Part shown: positions 9,756 to 18,965 of the stretch, in pieces
Position numbering within the stretch: the first letter of the stretch is position 1
How the letters are laid out: every line of letters begins with the position of its first letter
Assembly: GCA_964519895.1 (NCBI GenBank)
Contig: CAZFLE010000008.1
Location: 25,767-89,766, forward strand
From: an uncultured Enterobacterales bacterium
Lineage (GTDB): Bacteria; Myxococcota_A; UBA796; CAJQPC01
Length of the DNA stretch: 64,000 bases
Direction: 5' to 3'
Translations under genes and position numbers: made by a program
Notes under the pieces: model-generated
Told to the model about the DNA's origin: nothing
The model's database searches: none
What the model saw: the letters and a program-made list of their open reading frames with translations, nothing else

Positions 9756-10150
9756 CCCTGTCCGCGCTCACTCTCCTCGTGTGGGCGGGCGGTTGCGGCG
9801 AGCCGGACTACGTGTCCGCGGACCTCCAGCTGGACCTGATCGGCGAGGATCCTGACGGCGCCGAATTCATCCGACTCTGTGTCGGCGGTGTCGGCCAGCG
9901 GGTGTTGGGCTACCGGTTCGCAGGCACCTACAGCTACCCCGGCCTCCCGGTGGGGGTGCCCGTCGATGTGGCCGTCGATGTGCTCGACGCCGCCGGGGAT
10001 GTCCTGGCCCAGGGGCAGGCCCCGGCCCTGGCGGGATACACAGAAGACGTGCTTGTGGAGTGCGTGGGGTGCGAACCGTGCCAGGCGAGCGGAGCAGCAG
10101 CCGACCCCGACGGCGACGCATGGTTGTTGGCGGTGCGGCTCTCGGACTGA
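9749..10150 (+). CDS. Lipoprotein 2 of the operon
   Basis: The GTG at 9749 overlaps the upstream stop by 7 nt. The N-terminus VLALSALTLLVWAGGCGEPD contains a lipobox. It is in frame with the tail of track ORF 9155..10150. Confidence 0.5.
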   Translation: MLALSALTLLVWAGGCGEPDYVSADLQLDLIGEDPDGAEFIRLCVGGVGQRVLGYRFAGTYSYPGLPVGVPVDVAVDVLDAAGDVLAQGQAPALAGYTEDVLVECVGCEPCQASGAAADPDGDAWLLAVRLSD

Positions 10151-10551
10151 CCCTCGGGTCGGCCTGCACCGCGGCCTCGACTGCGGACAGCGGGACGGAC
10201 AGCTCCTTGGCGCCCTTTCGTGTGACCGGCTCCAACCCATCCGATGGCGCCATCGATGTGCCGGAAGCCCGAGTCCCCGAGCTGCGCTTCTCATCGGCGG
10301 CCAACCAGTCGGTCTGCTTCGAAGGGCAGCTCTCGCTGGAGGCCATCAACGACGACGACACCGTCGCCTTCGACCTGTCCTACAGCCTGACCTTCCTGGA
10401 GGGCGGTCACAAGGTCCAGTTCCAGACTTCGGACCTGCTGCCTCGCGGCTACTGGTACGCGATGGTCGCTCGCGATGACACCGAGCGCCCCTGTGTCGAC
10501 GACTTCGACAACCCACTGGAGCCCGCCGGCGTGAAGTTCTACGTGCCATGA
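10120..10551 (+). CDS. Lipoprotein 3, Ig-like (SbsA/Big_5-like) domain
   Basis: MVVGGAALGLTLGSAC lipobox, followed by FRVTGSNPSDGAIDVPEARVPELRFSS. An alternative start lies at 10060. It overlaps gene 2. Confidence 0.55.
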   Translation: MVVGGAALGLTLGSACTAASTADSGTDSSLAPFRVTGSNPSDGAIDVPEARVPELRFSSAANQSVCFEGQLSLEAINDDDTVAFDLSYSLTFLEGGHKVQFQTSDLLPRGYWYAMVARDDTERPCVDDFDNPLEPAGVKFYVP

Positions 10552-12320
10552 GCGGGCTCCTCCCACTGGCCCTGCTGTTCGGCCTGGCCTGCTCCGACAA
10601 GGACGCCGCGCCCACCGACGGCTTGGACCCCTCCGACTCGGCGGGCACGACCTCGGACACCGGCACGCCCGACTCGACCTCTCCGAGCGACACGGGCACC
10701 CCGACCGGCACGACCCACACCGGTTCGACCGGCGAGACCGGCGACCCGGTAGAGACCACGCCCGGAACGCTCTCGGTCTTTCCCCGGGAGCTCGTGGTCG
10801 ACCCTGGGGCGGTCTGGACCCTTCGGACCGTCTACGAGCTCGAAGGGGACCGGGCCGACGTGACCCCCACCTGGTCCTCGTCCGACGACGCCGTGCTCAC
10901 CGTCGACGCGTCGGGACAGGCCGCCGCCGTCGCCCCGGGGGCCGTCACCCTGACCGCGACCTGGGGGGACCTGGAGGCCATCTCGGCCGTCACGGTGCAG
11001 GAGACCCCTGTGCTCAAGGTCTCTCTGGTGCGCAGCGAGGATGGCAGCGTCGTCACCGACGGGCGCATTCGCTACGGCGACGTGTCGATGAACGTCGACG
11101 AGCTGACCGGCACGGCCGAGCTCGAAGTCCCGGCGGGCGAGCCCGTCTGGGTGACCTGTTGGTCCCGCTCCGACGAACGCATCCCGACCACCGTGATGGC
11201 GCTGGTGGGCCGCGAGCTGGTCGTGCGCTTGCGAGCGCCCGGCGGGGTGGCGCTGGCCGACGCCCAGATCGCCGGTGCCTATGACTTTGGCGGTGTGCCC
11301 CCCCTATCCGACGACGAAAAGGCCGCCGGCTACGTGGTCCTGGGGCTGGCGGGCACCAGCATGCCCTGGGGCCCGCTGTACTGGCGTCCCGACGAGCTGC
11401 TGGCCCCGGACCGCGACGCCGTGCTCTATGGCTTGGACGTGGCGATGCCGGGCAATATCGCGATCATGGAAGAGGTCGAGACCTGGGAGTCTCCGGCCTG
11501 GTCCGGCGACGCTGGCATCTGGAGCCTCGCGGGCCCGGTGCCCCTGGCCGAGGCCGTCCTGGGCCTCTCCGACCTGTCCTCGGCCCTGGACTTCTTGCTG
11601 GAGCACGTCGACGGGTTCGTCTACGGCTGGGACGGGGGCCTCGTCGCCGCCGCCGATGCCGACCTGGAGCTCGACGTCCGGCCCGCCTCGTCCCTGTCCG
11701 AGACCGTCCAGGTCGAGCTGCCGGACTGGCCCGCGGGCTTCGACGGCTCCGAGACCGCGATGCTCCTGGCCCTGGACGGGGACGGCCCCGAAGGGCCCGG
11801 CATCGTGGGCATCGGCCGCGGCTTCCCCGGCACCGCCTACACGTCCCGAGCGCCCGGCACCTTCTTCGGCTGGGATGGCAGCGCCGCCCAGGTCCTCGCG
11901 TTCCTCGAGCACGGGGGCACGGGCGAAGGCGGCGCCCGGGTGCTCAGCGCCGCCCCCGTGGTCGACGGCATCGCCACGATCCAGCCCTTCCAAGACCCGC
12001 CTACGCTCGACAGCTTCGACGGCGCCACCCACGACGTGGAGCTCTCCAGCGACGCCGACGCCCAGCTCGTGCACCTCTACATCACCAGCAAGGACGGCGC
12101 CGAGCGGGACTACTACCTGCCGGCGACCAGCGGCCTGGTCAACCTGCCAAGCGAAGGCCCCGGCTTCGGCTGGGGCGTCACCGAGTGGGACATGACCGTC
12201 GTCGAGACCAGCTGGGGAACCTACGACTCCATGACAGCCGAGGGCGCCGTGCTCCGAGAGCACCTGGCGGAACACGCCGTCACGACCTCGCACCTGACAC
12301 ACCAGTTCGGCGGGAGCTGA
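10548..12320 (+). CDS. Lipoprotein 4, large, with a Big_2-like Ig domain
   Basis: ATGA overlap with gene 3. Lipobox LLFGLAC, a Thr/Asp/Gly linker with TGETGDP, and a Big_2-like stretch LTVDASGQAAAVAPGAVTLTATWGDLEA. Confidence 0.65.
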   Translation: MSGLLPLALLFGLACSDKDAAPTDGLDPSDSAGTTSDTGTPDSTSPSDTGTPTGTTHTGSTGETGDPVETTPGTLSVFPRELVVDPGAVWTLRTVYELEGDRADVTPTWSSSDDAVLTVDASGQAAAVAPGAVTLTATWGDLEAISAVTVQETPVLKVSLVRSEDGSVVTDGRIRYGDVSMNVDELTGTAELEVPAGEPVWVTCWSRSDERIPTTVMALVGRELVVRLRAPGGVALADAQIAGAYDFGGVPPLSDDEKAAGYVVLGLAGTSMPWGPLYWRPDELLAPDRDAVLYGLDVAMPGNIAIMEEVETWESPAWSGDAGIWSLAGPVPLAEAVLGLSDLSSALDFLLEHVDGFVYGWDGGLVAAADADLELDVRPASSLSETVQVELPDWPAGFDGSETAMLLALDGDGPEGPGIVGIGRGFPGTAYTSRAPGTFFGWDGSAAQVLAFLEHGGTGEGGARVLSAAPVVDGIATIQPFQDPPTLDSFDGATHDVELSSDADAQLVHLYITSKDGAERDYYLPATSGLVNLPSEGPGFGWGVTEWDMTVVETSWGTYDSMTAEGAVLREHLAEHAVTTSHLTHQFGGS

Positions 12321-12328
12321 TCCATTCC

Positions 12329-14473
12329 ATGAGCACCTTGTTGGAGTCAGCCCGGGCGGGCTTTGCCGGGCTGGCCGTCGACCCCTCCTTTCGCGCCGCA
12401 GCCCTCGAGAACCTGGAGAGCTGGCTCGCCAACCCCCAGGTCCAGGACACCCTGCCTCAGCTCCAGGCCTTGATCGAGGCCGGTCGCTGGGACGTCCTGC
12501 TGGACAGCTTCTACCAGGTCCTGCCCTTTGGCACCGGGGGGCGCCGGGGCCCGGTGGGGGTCGGCCCCAACCGCTACAACGGCTGGACCCTGGCCACGTC
12601 GATCCAGGGCCACGCCGGCTTCCTGCGGGACCAGGCTGATCCCGGCGCGGAGCTGTCCGTGGTCATCGCCTACGACGTGCGCTGCTACAAGGACGCCCGA
12701 GGCCTCTATCGGAGCGATCTGCCCAACCCGCTGCTCGGTCTCACCAGCCGCGACTTCGCTGAGATCGCGGCCGGGGTCTACGCCGCCAACGGCGTGGGGG
12801 TGCACATCCTGCCTCGGGGGAGCCGGACCTACGTCTCCACCCCCGAGCTCTCTTTTGCGATCCGCTACCTGGGCGCAGATGGTGGCCTGAACGTCTCAGC
12901 GAGCCACAACCCCCCCGACGACAACGGGGCCAAGATCTACGACGGCGAAGGAGGCCAGGCCGTCCCGCCCTGGGACGAGGAGCTGGCCGACCGTGTGGCC
13001 GCGGTCACCGAGATTCGCTCCCTCTCCTACGACGACGCGCTCGCCCAGGGCTGGGTCAGCGAGCTCGACCCCCAGGTCCACCAGGCCTACCTCCAGGCGA
13101 ATCTCGCGGTCTCCTTGCGCCGGGACCGTCGGGACTGCCACGTGGTGTTCACCCCGCTCCACGGCACTGGGGACACGACCGTGGCCGAGGTGCTCCGCGC
13201 CGCCGGCTTCCAGGTCACGCTGGAGCCGACCCAGTCGCCTCACGACGGCGCGTTCCCCCAGGTGCCCTTCGGCGTGCCCAATCCAGAGGTCCCCCAGTCC
13301 ATGGATCGCGCGGTGGCCTTGGCTGAGCAGCTGGGCGCGGACCTCGTCATGGCCTGCGACCCCGACGCCGACCGGCTCGGGCTCGTGGTGCGCCACGGCG
13401 ACGGCTTCCGGTTCATGTCGGGCAACGAGCTCGGGGCTCTGGTCGTGCGCTACCTGCTCGAGTTCCGCCGGTCCAGGACCGGACGGGCCCCCATCGTCAT
13501 CAAGACCGAGGTGACCTCGTCCCTGGTGGCGCGGGTCGCCCGGCACCATGGCGCCCGGGTCGTGGGGCACCTCCTGGTGGGCTTCAAGTACATCGGCGAC
13601 GGCCTGCGCCGCTTGGAGCGCGTCGGGCGCTTCTACAACGTCGAGGGCAGCCTGGACGACTTCGCCGCGGGCATCGAGGAGTCCCACGGCGTGCTGGTGA
13701 CCCACGAGGTCCGGGACAAGGACGCCGCTGGCGCCGCTCTGCTCCTGGCCGAAGCCGCGGCCTGGCAGAAGGCCAGCGGGCTCACGCTCGTGGACCTGCT
13801 CGAGGACTGCTGGCGCCAGGTGGGCGCCGTCACCAACAGCCTGCGCTCCCTGGTCATGCGGGGCGCCGAGGGGCGCTCTCGGATCCAGGCCATCCAGGCA
13901 TCGCTCCGGGACGACCCACTCCGGCACGTGGGCGAGCACACGGTCACGGACTTTCACGATCGACGCGACCCTCGGGGCCCCTTTGGACGGCTGAAGTCCG
14001 GCACCGACGCCGCCAGCCGGGACGTGCTGGTGTTCGAGTTCGGGCCTGACGCACGGGTCCTGCTGCGGCCCAGCGGAACAGAGCCCAAGAGCAAGGTCTA
14101 CGTCGAGCTCGTGGGCCCGCCGGGCCAGGACCCGGCCACAGCCTTGCCCCAACTCGAGGCCCAGGCAGCCCGCCTGGCCGAGGACTTCGTGCTTGCGCTC
14201 TTGGACCGGGTCGGGCTGGACCTGCCCAGGTGGGCCCTCGCCATCTCGGACCTGGTGGCGCTGGAGCACAAGGCGCACTTCGCCCAAGAGGTCCTCCCGG
14301 CCCTGGTGGCGCGCCTCGAAGCCGGCGAGGACGTTGGGCCCTGGCTCGACGAGCGGGTGGCCCCCTATGGCAAGGACGCCCACCTGCTGGTCGCACCGGG
14401 CGTCCAGGCCTTCCTGGGCACGGCGCCGCCTTCGGCCGCGGTCAGGGCCAGCCTGGAGTCCCTGTTCGACTGA
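12329..14473 (+). CDS. Alpha-D-phosphohexomutase family protein (phosphoglucomutase/phosphomannomutase-like)
   Basis: It starts at MSTLLES (aa 49 of the track ORF). It has the active-site loop SASHNPPDDNGAKIY, the metal loop DPDADRLG and the C-terminal RPSGTEPK. Confidence 0.85.
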   Translation: MSTLLESARAGFAGLAVDPSFRAAALENLESWLANPQVQDTLPQLQALIEAGRWDVLLDSFYQVLPFGTGGRRGPVGVGPNRYNGWTLATSIQGHAGFLRDQADPGAELSVVIAYDVRCYKDARGLYRSDLPNPLLGLTSRDFAEIAAGVYAANGVGVHILPRGSRTYVSTPELSFAIRYLGADGGLNVSASHNPPDDNGAKIYDGEGGQAVPPWDEELADRVAAVTEIRSLSYDDALAQGWVSELDPQVHQAYLQANLAVSLRRDRRDCHVVFTPLHGTGDTTVAEVLRAAGFQVTLEPTQSPHDGAFPQVPFGVPNPEVPQSMDRAVALAEQLGADLVMACDPDADRLGLVVRHGDGFRFMSGNELGALVVRYLLEFRRSRTGRAPIVIKTEVTSSLVARVARHHGARVVGHLLVGFKYIGDGLRRLERVGRFYNVEGSLDDFAAGIEESHGVLVTHEVRDKDAAGAALLLAEAAAWQKASGLTLVDLLEDCWRQVGAVTNSLRSLVMRGAEGRSRIQAIQASLRDDPLRHVGEHTVTDFHDRRDPRGPFGRLKSGTDAASRDVLVFEFGPDARVLLRPSGTEPKSKVYVELVGPPGQDPATALPQLEAQAARLAEDFVLALLDRVGLDLPRWALAISDLVALEHKAHFAQEVLPALVARLEAGEDVGPWLDERVAPYGKDAHLLVAPGVQAFLGTAPPSAAVRASLESLFD

Positions 14474-14479
14474 GTGAGG

Positions 14480-15400
14480 TCAGTCGTCTCTGCGGCGCAC
14501 GCCGAACAGCACGAGCGCCGGCAACACCCCCACGGCGGCGGGCAACATGCGCGCCAGGGGGTGGCGCCGCAGCACCTCGTCTTCGAGCTCGGCACACGAG
14601 CAGCTGCTTCCGCCGCTGGAGCCCCCGGTCCCACCCGAGCCGCCAGAGGAACTGGAGGTGGCCTGGACCCGGATGCCGTCGGGCGCGGAGTCCGTGGTGC
14701 CGTCGTTCACCACCAGCTCGAACTCATAGGTCCCAGCTTGGTCTGCGGTAAAGGTCGGCCGCGCCACCGTCGGATCGCTCAGGGTGGCCAACGACGTGCC
14801 CGGCCGGCTGATCAAGGCCCAGGACCAGCCCAGCCGATCCCCGTCGGGATCGGTTGAAGCAGTGCCATCCAGAGTCACGACCGTGCCCTCTGTGACGGAC
14901 TGATCCGGACCCGCATCGGCCACTGGCAGCCCGTTGGCCTTGTCCGCGGTGATCACCGCGGTGTCCGAGTCGAACAGGGCCCCGTCCGTGACCGTGAGCT
15001 GGAGCTCGTAGGTGCCCTGGACATCCAGGTAGATGCTGGCGTCGGCCCGGTCCTCGTTGATGAGCTCTGCCGCCGACGCCGGAGGCCGGCTCACGAGGAA
15101 CCACGTGAACTCCAGGGGGTCTCCGTCCGGGTCCATGGAGCCGTTCCCGTCCAGGTTGAGCACGTCGCCCACCCAGCCGGTCAGATCGCCCCCCGCGTCG
15201 GCCGAGGGCGCACCATTGTCCGACGTGGCGGTGTCGTCGAGGGCGTGCCAGCCGGTGTCCGGCGTGCCGGTCTCTGCCGGTGGGAACACGTGACCACTGT
15301 CGGTGGCACCCGTGGTCGCGGGATCCTTGTAGCTGTCCAGTCCGAAGCAGCCAGTGGCCAGGACCAGGGCGAGCGGCGTCATGCCCATTGGGGGCAACAT
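14480..15400 (-). CDS. Secreted/lipoprotein with two PKD domains and a Cys-motif plus TM C-terminal tail
   Basis: Start MLPPMGMTPLALVLATGC (aa 161 of the track ORF). Two PKD-like repeats are present (LDGNGSMDPDGDPLEFTW, LDGTASTDPDGDRLGWSW). The C-terminus is SCSC...LPAAVGVLPALVLFGVRRRDD. Confidence 0.75.
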   Translation of the reverse strand: MLPPMGMTPLALVLATGCFGLDSYKDPATTGATDSGHVFPPAETGTPDTGWHALDDTATSDNGAPSADAGGDLTGWVGDVLNLDGNGSMDPDGDPLEFTWFLVSRPPASAAELINEDRADASIYLDVQGTYELQLTVTDGALFDSDTAVITADKANGLPVADAGPDQSVTEGTVVTLDGTASTDPDGDRLGWSWALISRPGTSLATLSDPTVARPTFTADQAGTYEFELVVNDGTTDSAPDGIRVQATSSSSGGSGGTGGSSGGSSCSCAELEDEVLRRHPLARMLPAAVGVLPALVLFGVRRRDD

Positions 15401-15414
15401 ACTCCGGATCGGGC

Positions 15415-16278
15415 CTATCGGCGTGGACCGTATTCCTGGGGCACCAGGATGATCAGCCCCGCGGCGGGCCAATTCGTGTAGTTGCCCAGGTTGTCGATGT
15501 ACCAGGCCAGCTTGTGGTCCTTGACCATGGGGGCTCCGATCTTGGTGGCGTGTCGCACGGTCGGCACCACGGCGGGCACCGTCAGTCCGACGTGCGTGAT
15601 GGCGATTGGCAGGTGCGGCGCCACCACGCGCAGGGTGAAGACCACTGCCCCATCGGGAATCCGTTCCACCAGGGTCGGGTCCGCGGCAAAGGCCGTCAGG
15701 GGCAAGTGGGAAAAGGTCAGCGTGCCCGTGGGCAAGCGTGCGTCGCCCAGCGAGAACAGGCTGCGGCGGGACCACTGGGCCCAGGTCTGGTCCGTGACCG
15801 TGTGGCTCAGTGCAACCGCCTCGGGGAAGCTCGGCGTCGCGTCGACCAGCCAGCCGTCGTCGACTGTGCCGGGAATCCACTCCGCCAACATGAAGTGGCG
15901 GCGGTTCTCATAGGTGGCCGGTCCGCCGTCCCGGTAGCGCAGGCCTCGGCGAACCCGGGCCACGTCGACCGGATCGTTGCCCAGGGCCAGGGCCAGGGCT
16001 TCCTCGACAAAAGTCAGGCAGTCGAAGGCGTCGTAGCGGGTCACCGGGTCGTCGTCGAAGCCCCCGGCCTCGCCCAGGGGACCGTCCAGATAGGGCACCC
16101 CCAGCCAGGCTTGGGTGATGGCGCCCAGCCGCTCCGGCAGGGGCTTGTCGCGCACGGACGCCGCCAGCGCCGCCATGTCGGGGTCCGTGCGGCCCACGGT
16201 GTCCAGGGGGAGGGGACTGGCCGCCAGGACAGGTGTGATGGCCGCGATCAGGGCGACAGCCACCGGCCGGGTGCCCAC
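15415..16278 (-). CDS. DUF1460-like (N-acetylmuramoyl-L-alanine amidase-like) secreted protein
   Basis: 287 aa with a signal peptide and a GVPYLDGPLGE...RYDAFDCLTFVEEALALAL motif resembling DUF1460. This is a by-eye assignment. Confidence 0.55.
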   Translation of the reverse strand: MGTRPVAVALIAAITPVLAASPLPLDTVGRTDPDMAALAASVRDKPLPERLGAITQAWLGVPYLDGPLGEAGGFDDDPVTRYDAFDCLTFVEEALALALGNDPVDVARVRRGLRYRDGGPATYENRRHFMLAEWIPGTVDDGWLVDATPSFPEAVALSHTVTDQTWAQWSRRSLFSLGDARLPTGTLTFSHLPLTAFAADPTLVERIPDGAVVFTLRVVAPHLPIAITHVGLTVPAVVPTVRHATKIGAPMVKDHKLAWYIDNLGNYTNWPAAGLIILVPQEYGPRR

Positions 16279-16285
16279 CGTCGGA

Positions 16286-17737
16286 CTACAGGCCGATGGC
16301 CTGTTGGTAGCCGGCGATCGACTCCAGCACGCGGTCCAAGGCGTCGTCGTCCAGGGCCTCGCAGGCTGCAGACAGCGCCCGCTCGATCAAGTCCAGCAGC
16401 CCGGTGTTGAGCAGCCGGCGGTGCTCGGCCGCAGGGCGTCGCCGCAGGTTGTGCAGGATCGAGTTGGGGTTGATGGTGCCGTTGCGCCTGGACTCTACCT
16501 GGTAGTAGAGCAGCGAGAAGCCCGCCGGACTGCCGTCCAGCAGCAGCTGCACCTGGGCCTGGCCGCTGCCGGACCCGGTCTTGGCGTCGAAGGCCACGGA
16601 GAGCTGGCCGAGCACGCCGTTCACGACCTCGAGCTTCCGCAAGGCTTCCTGGTTGGTCAGCCTGGGCCCGGTGAAGTTCATCTGGACCTTGGCGATCGGA
16701 CCGTCCTGCTCCGAGCCGTCCGCTTCGCCCATCTCCAGGGGCTGGTCGTGGTCGTCCTGCTCGAACTTGTCGAGCATGTTTCCCTGAGGGACGAGCACGT
16801 CGGTCAGGTCGACGCGGTCCCGGACCGCTCCGGTGAACTGACCGTCGCCCAGGCTGCCCCGGGTCTGATCGTGGTCGGCGAACATGGCCAGCTCGTCGTC
16901 TTCGACGGAGGCCCCGGGCTGGTCGACGAGCGGGACCACCGGCTCGCTCTCGTCGATCAGGGGCTCTGAGCGCAGGGTCTCCACCTCCTCGAAGTCCTGG
17001 TCGACGTCGACCTCGGAGAGCACCGAGATGGCCTCGATGTCGCTGTCGGTGAGCTCCACGCTGGTATGGACGGCCCCGCGCTGGAGCATGTCGGCCAGCA
17101 GATCCAGGCTCTCATAGGGCTCGAAGGGCGAGCCCGTGAGCAGCGCCTGAAGGCTGCAGCCGTCCAGACCCACCAGACGGGCCAGCCGCTGCTCGGTCTG
17201 CAGCGTGGCCCGCTCCGTGCCTGGAATCAGCTCCACCAGGTGGGGCGGGTTTGCGAGGAGACCCGCCGTGCGGTCCAGCACCTCGAACGCATCGGCGAGC
17301 AGTGCGCTCGTGTCGTGGCTGAACTGCAGGTTGGTGACGAAGATCGCCTCCATCGGCGTGAAGGCGCAGGGGCCTTGGCACGCCAGGAAGCGGGTCAGGT
17401 TGTCCTTGAAGCGCCCGAAGAGCACCTCGAGCAGACGGTCCTCTGGGACCACCTCGTAGAGCCGGTCCTCGATGGGCACTTCGGGATCGCCGTCGCGCAG
17501 GGCCTGGACCTGGGTGGCGTTGAGGGTGCCCAGGACCCGCAGGCGGCGCAGGAGCTGCGCCTCGTCGTCTTCGGCGTGAGCTGCGAGCACGTCGCCATTC
17601 ATCAGGTAGACATCGACCACGCCGCCCGCGAGCTCGCGCGTGGTCAGGCGACCTGTGGCACCTTCGGTCAGCTGACGTCGCAGGGCCTGGGTGGTTTGAG
17701 TCGTGTCGCTGCTCAATCCGGCCTCGAGCGCCTCCAT
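16286..17737 (-). CDS. Acidic hypothetical protein, N-terminus DUF4388-like
   Basis: 483 aa. The N-terminal GRLTTRELAGGVVDVYLMNGDVLAAH resembles the DUF4388 pattern. The central region is Asp/Glu-rich. The functional call is weak. Confidence 0.45.
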   Translation of the reverse strand: MEALEAGLSSDTTQTTQALRRQLTEGATGRLTTRELAGGVVDVYLMNGDVLAAHAEDDEAQLLRRLRVLGTLNATQVQALRDGDPEVPIEDRLYEVVPEDRLLEVLFGRFKDNLTRFLACQGPCAFTPMEAIFVTNLQFSHDTSALLADAFEVLDRTAGLLANPPHLVELIPGTERATLQTEQRLARLVGLDGCSLQALLTGSPFEPYESLDLLADMLQRGAVHTSVELTDSDIEAISVLSEVDVDQDFEEVETLRSEPLIDESEPVVPLVDQPGASVEDDELAMFADHDQTRGSLGDGQFTGAVRDRVDLTDVLVPQGNMLDKFEQDDHDQPLEMGEADGSEQDGPIAKVQMNFTGPRLTNQEALRKLEVVNGVLGQLSVAFDAKTGSGSGQAQVQLLLDGSPAGFSLLYYQVESRRNGTINPNSILHNLRRRPAAEHRRLLNTGLLDLIERALSAACEALDDDALDRVLESIAGYQQAIGL

Positions 17738-17780
17738 CCCGGAGGTTCGCGCCAGATGGTACTTGCCGCCCCCGGTGGGG

Positions 17781-18956
17781 TCAACGAGCCCCCACCACGC
17801 TGGATGCTGCCTCGAGCTGTGGGTCGGGCGGTGGGGCCAGAGGAGACGTGGTCACCATGGGGACCACGTCGACCAGCACGTCCGGCCACAACCCGGTGCC
17901 TGCCCAGGATCGGCCCTGGGGTGAGCGGAACGTGGCGTCGAGCAGGCGCACCCGAAGGCCGGTGGAGAGTTGGTGGACATCGGCCCCACAGGCCCGCCCC
18001 GCGGTCGGGGTGCCCACGAGCACGGCCCGCCCTTGCTCTTGCAGCGCTGCGCCGAACAGCTCGGCCACGCTGGCCGTTCCAGCGTTGACCAACAGGGCCA
18101 TTGGCGCGCTGAAGGACACCGGCGTTCGGGCCATCAGCAGGCGCTCTTCTTGATCTCTTCGGCGCACCATGCCCACCACCGAGTCGGCTTCCAGGAACAG
18201 GTCTGCTGCGGCCACGGCTTCCTCGAGCAGACCGCCAGGGTTGTCCCGGAGATCCAGCACCACCGGCGCTTCGCCGAGTCTGGACAGCGTCTGGGCCAGG
18301 ACCTCGGCGGTTCCTTGACCGAAGTGGGCGACCCGGATCACCACGGTTGGGCCGTCGGTGACCACTCGGACCGCCGGGACCCGGAACTCGCCGGGCGTCA
18401 CGGTCAGGGCCCTGCTGACACCTGCGCGGTCGAGCACCTCCAGCGCGACGGGACGCCCACTCAGGCTCGCTGCCGTCTCATACATCTCGGGGGGGGTGCG
18501 GCCGTAGAAGCTGATGCCCCCCATGCTGATGATGGCCTCGCCGGCTCGCAGGCCGGCGACCGCGGCCGGTCCGCCTTGGTAGACATCGAGGACCAGCAGG
18601 CTGTGTCCCGGCACGGCCAGGAGCTCCACCCCGATGCCCTGGTAGACGCCCCGTGCGAGCTCGTCGTAGGGGTCTGGCTCGTCGACGCCGTAGCTGCCGT
18701 TGGCCTGAAAGCCCTGCAGCTGGTCCAGGTGAGCCAGCATGCCGTCGATGGCGGCACGGTACAGGGCGTTCGTGTCGACCGGATCGACGTAGTGGGCGCC
18801 GATCAGCTTCAGCGCTTCCTCGAGGGCTGCTGCGCTCTCGGTCGCGTCGGCGTCCGGCGCGAGCACGTCCGACTGGCGCAGCGCATCGGCGTCAGGGTCG
18901 GCCAAGGAAGGGGACGCCACGAGGGCGAGCAGCGCCCAGGCGCAGGGCCCGGTCAT
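17781..18956 (-). CDS. S41 family C-terminal processing peptidase with PDZ domain
   Basis: It has a signal peptide, a PDZ-like GIGVEL...GGPAAVAGLRAGEAIISMGG, LRDNPGGLLEEAV and LVNAGTASVAELFGAALQ (Ser nucleophile region). Confidence 0.85.
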   Translation of the reverse strand: MTGPCAWALLALVASPSLADPDADALRQSDVLAPDADATESAAALEEALKLIGAHYVDPVDTNALYRAAIDGMLAHLDQLQGFQANGSYGVDEPDPYDELARGVYQGIGVELLAVPGHSLLVLDVYQGGPAAVAGLRAGEAIISMGGISFYGRTPPEMYETAASLSGRPVALEVLDRAGVSRALTVTPGEFRVPAVRVVTDGPTVVIRVAHFGQGTAEVLAQTLSRLGEAPVVLDLRDNPGGLLEEAVAAADLFLEADSVVGMVRRRDQEERLLMARTPVSFSAPMALLVNAGTASVAELFGAALQEQGRAVLVGTPTAGRACGADVHQLSTGLRVRLLDATFRSPQGRSWAGTGLWPDVLVDVVPMVTTSPLAPPPDPQLEAASSVVGAR

Positions 18957-18965
18957 GGACCAGCC

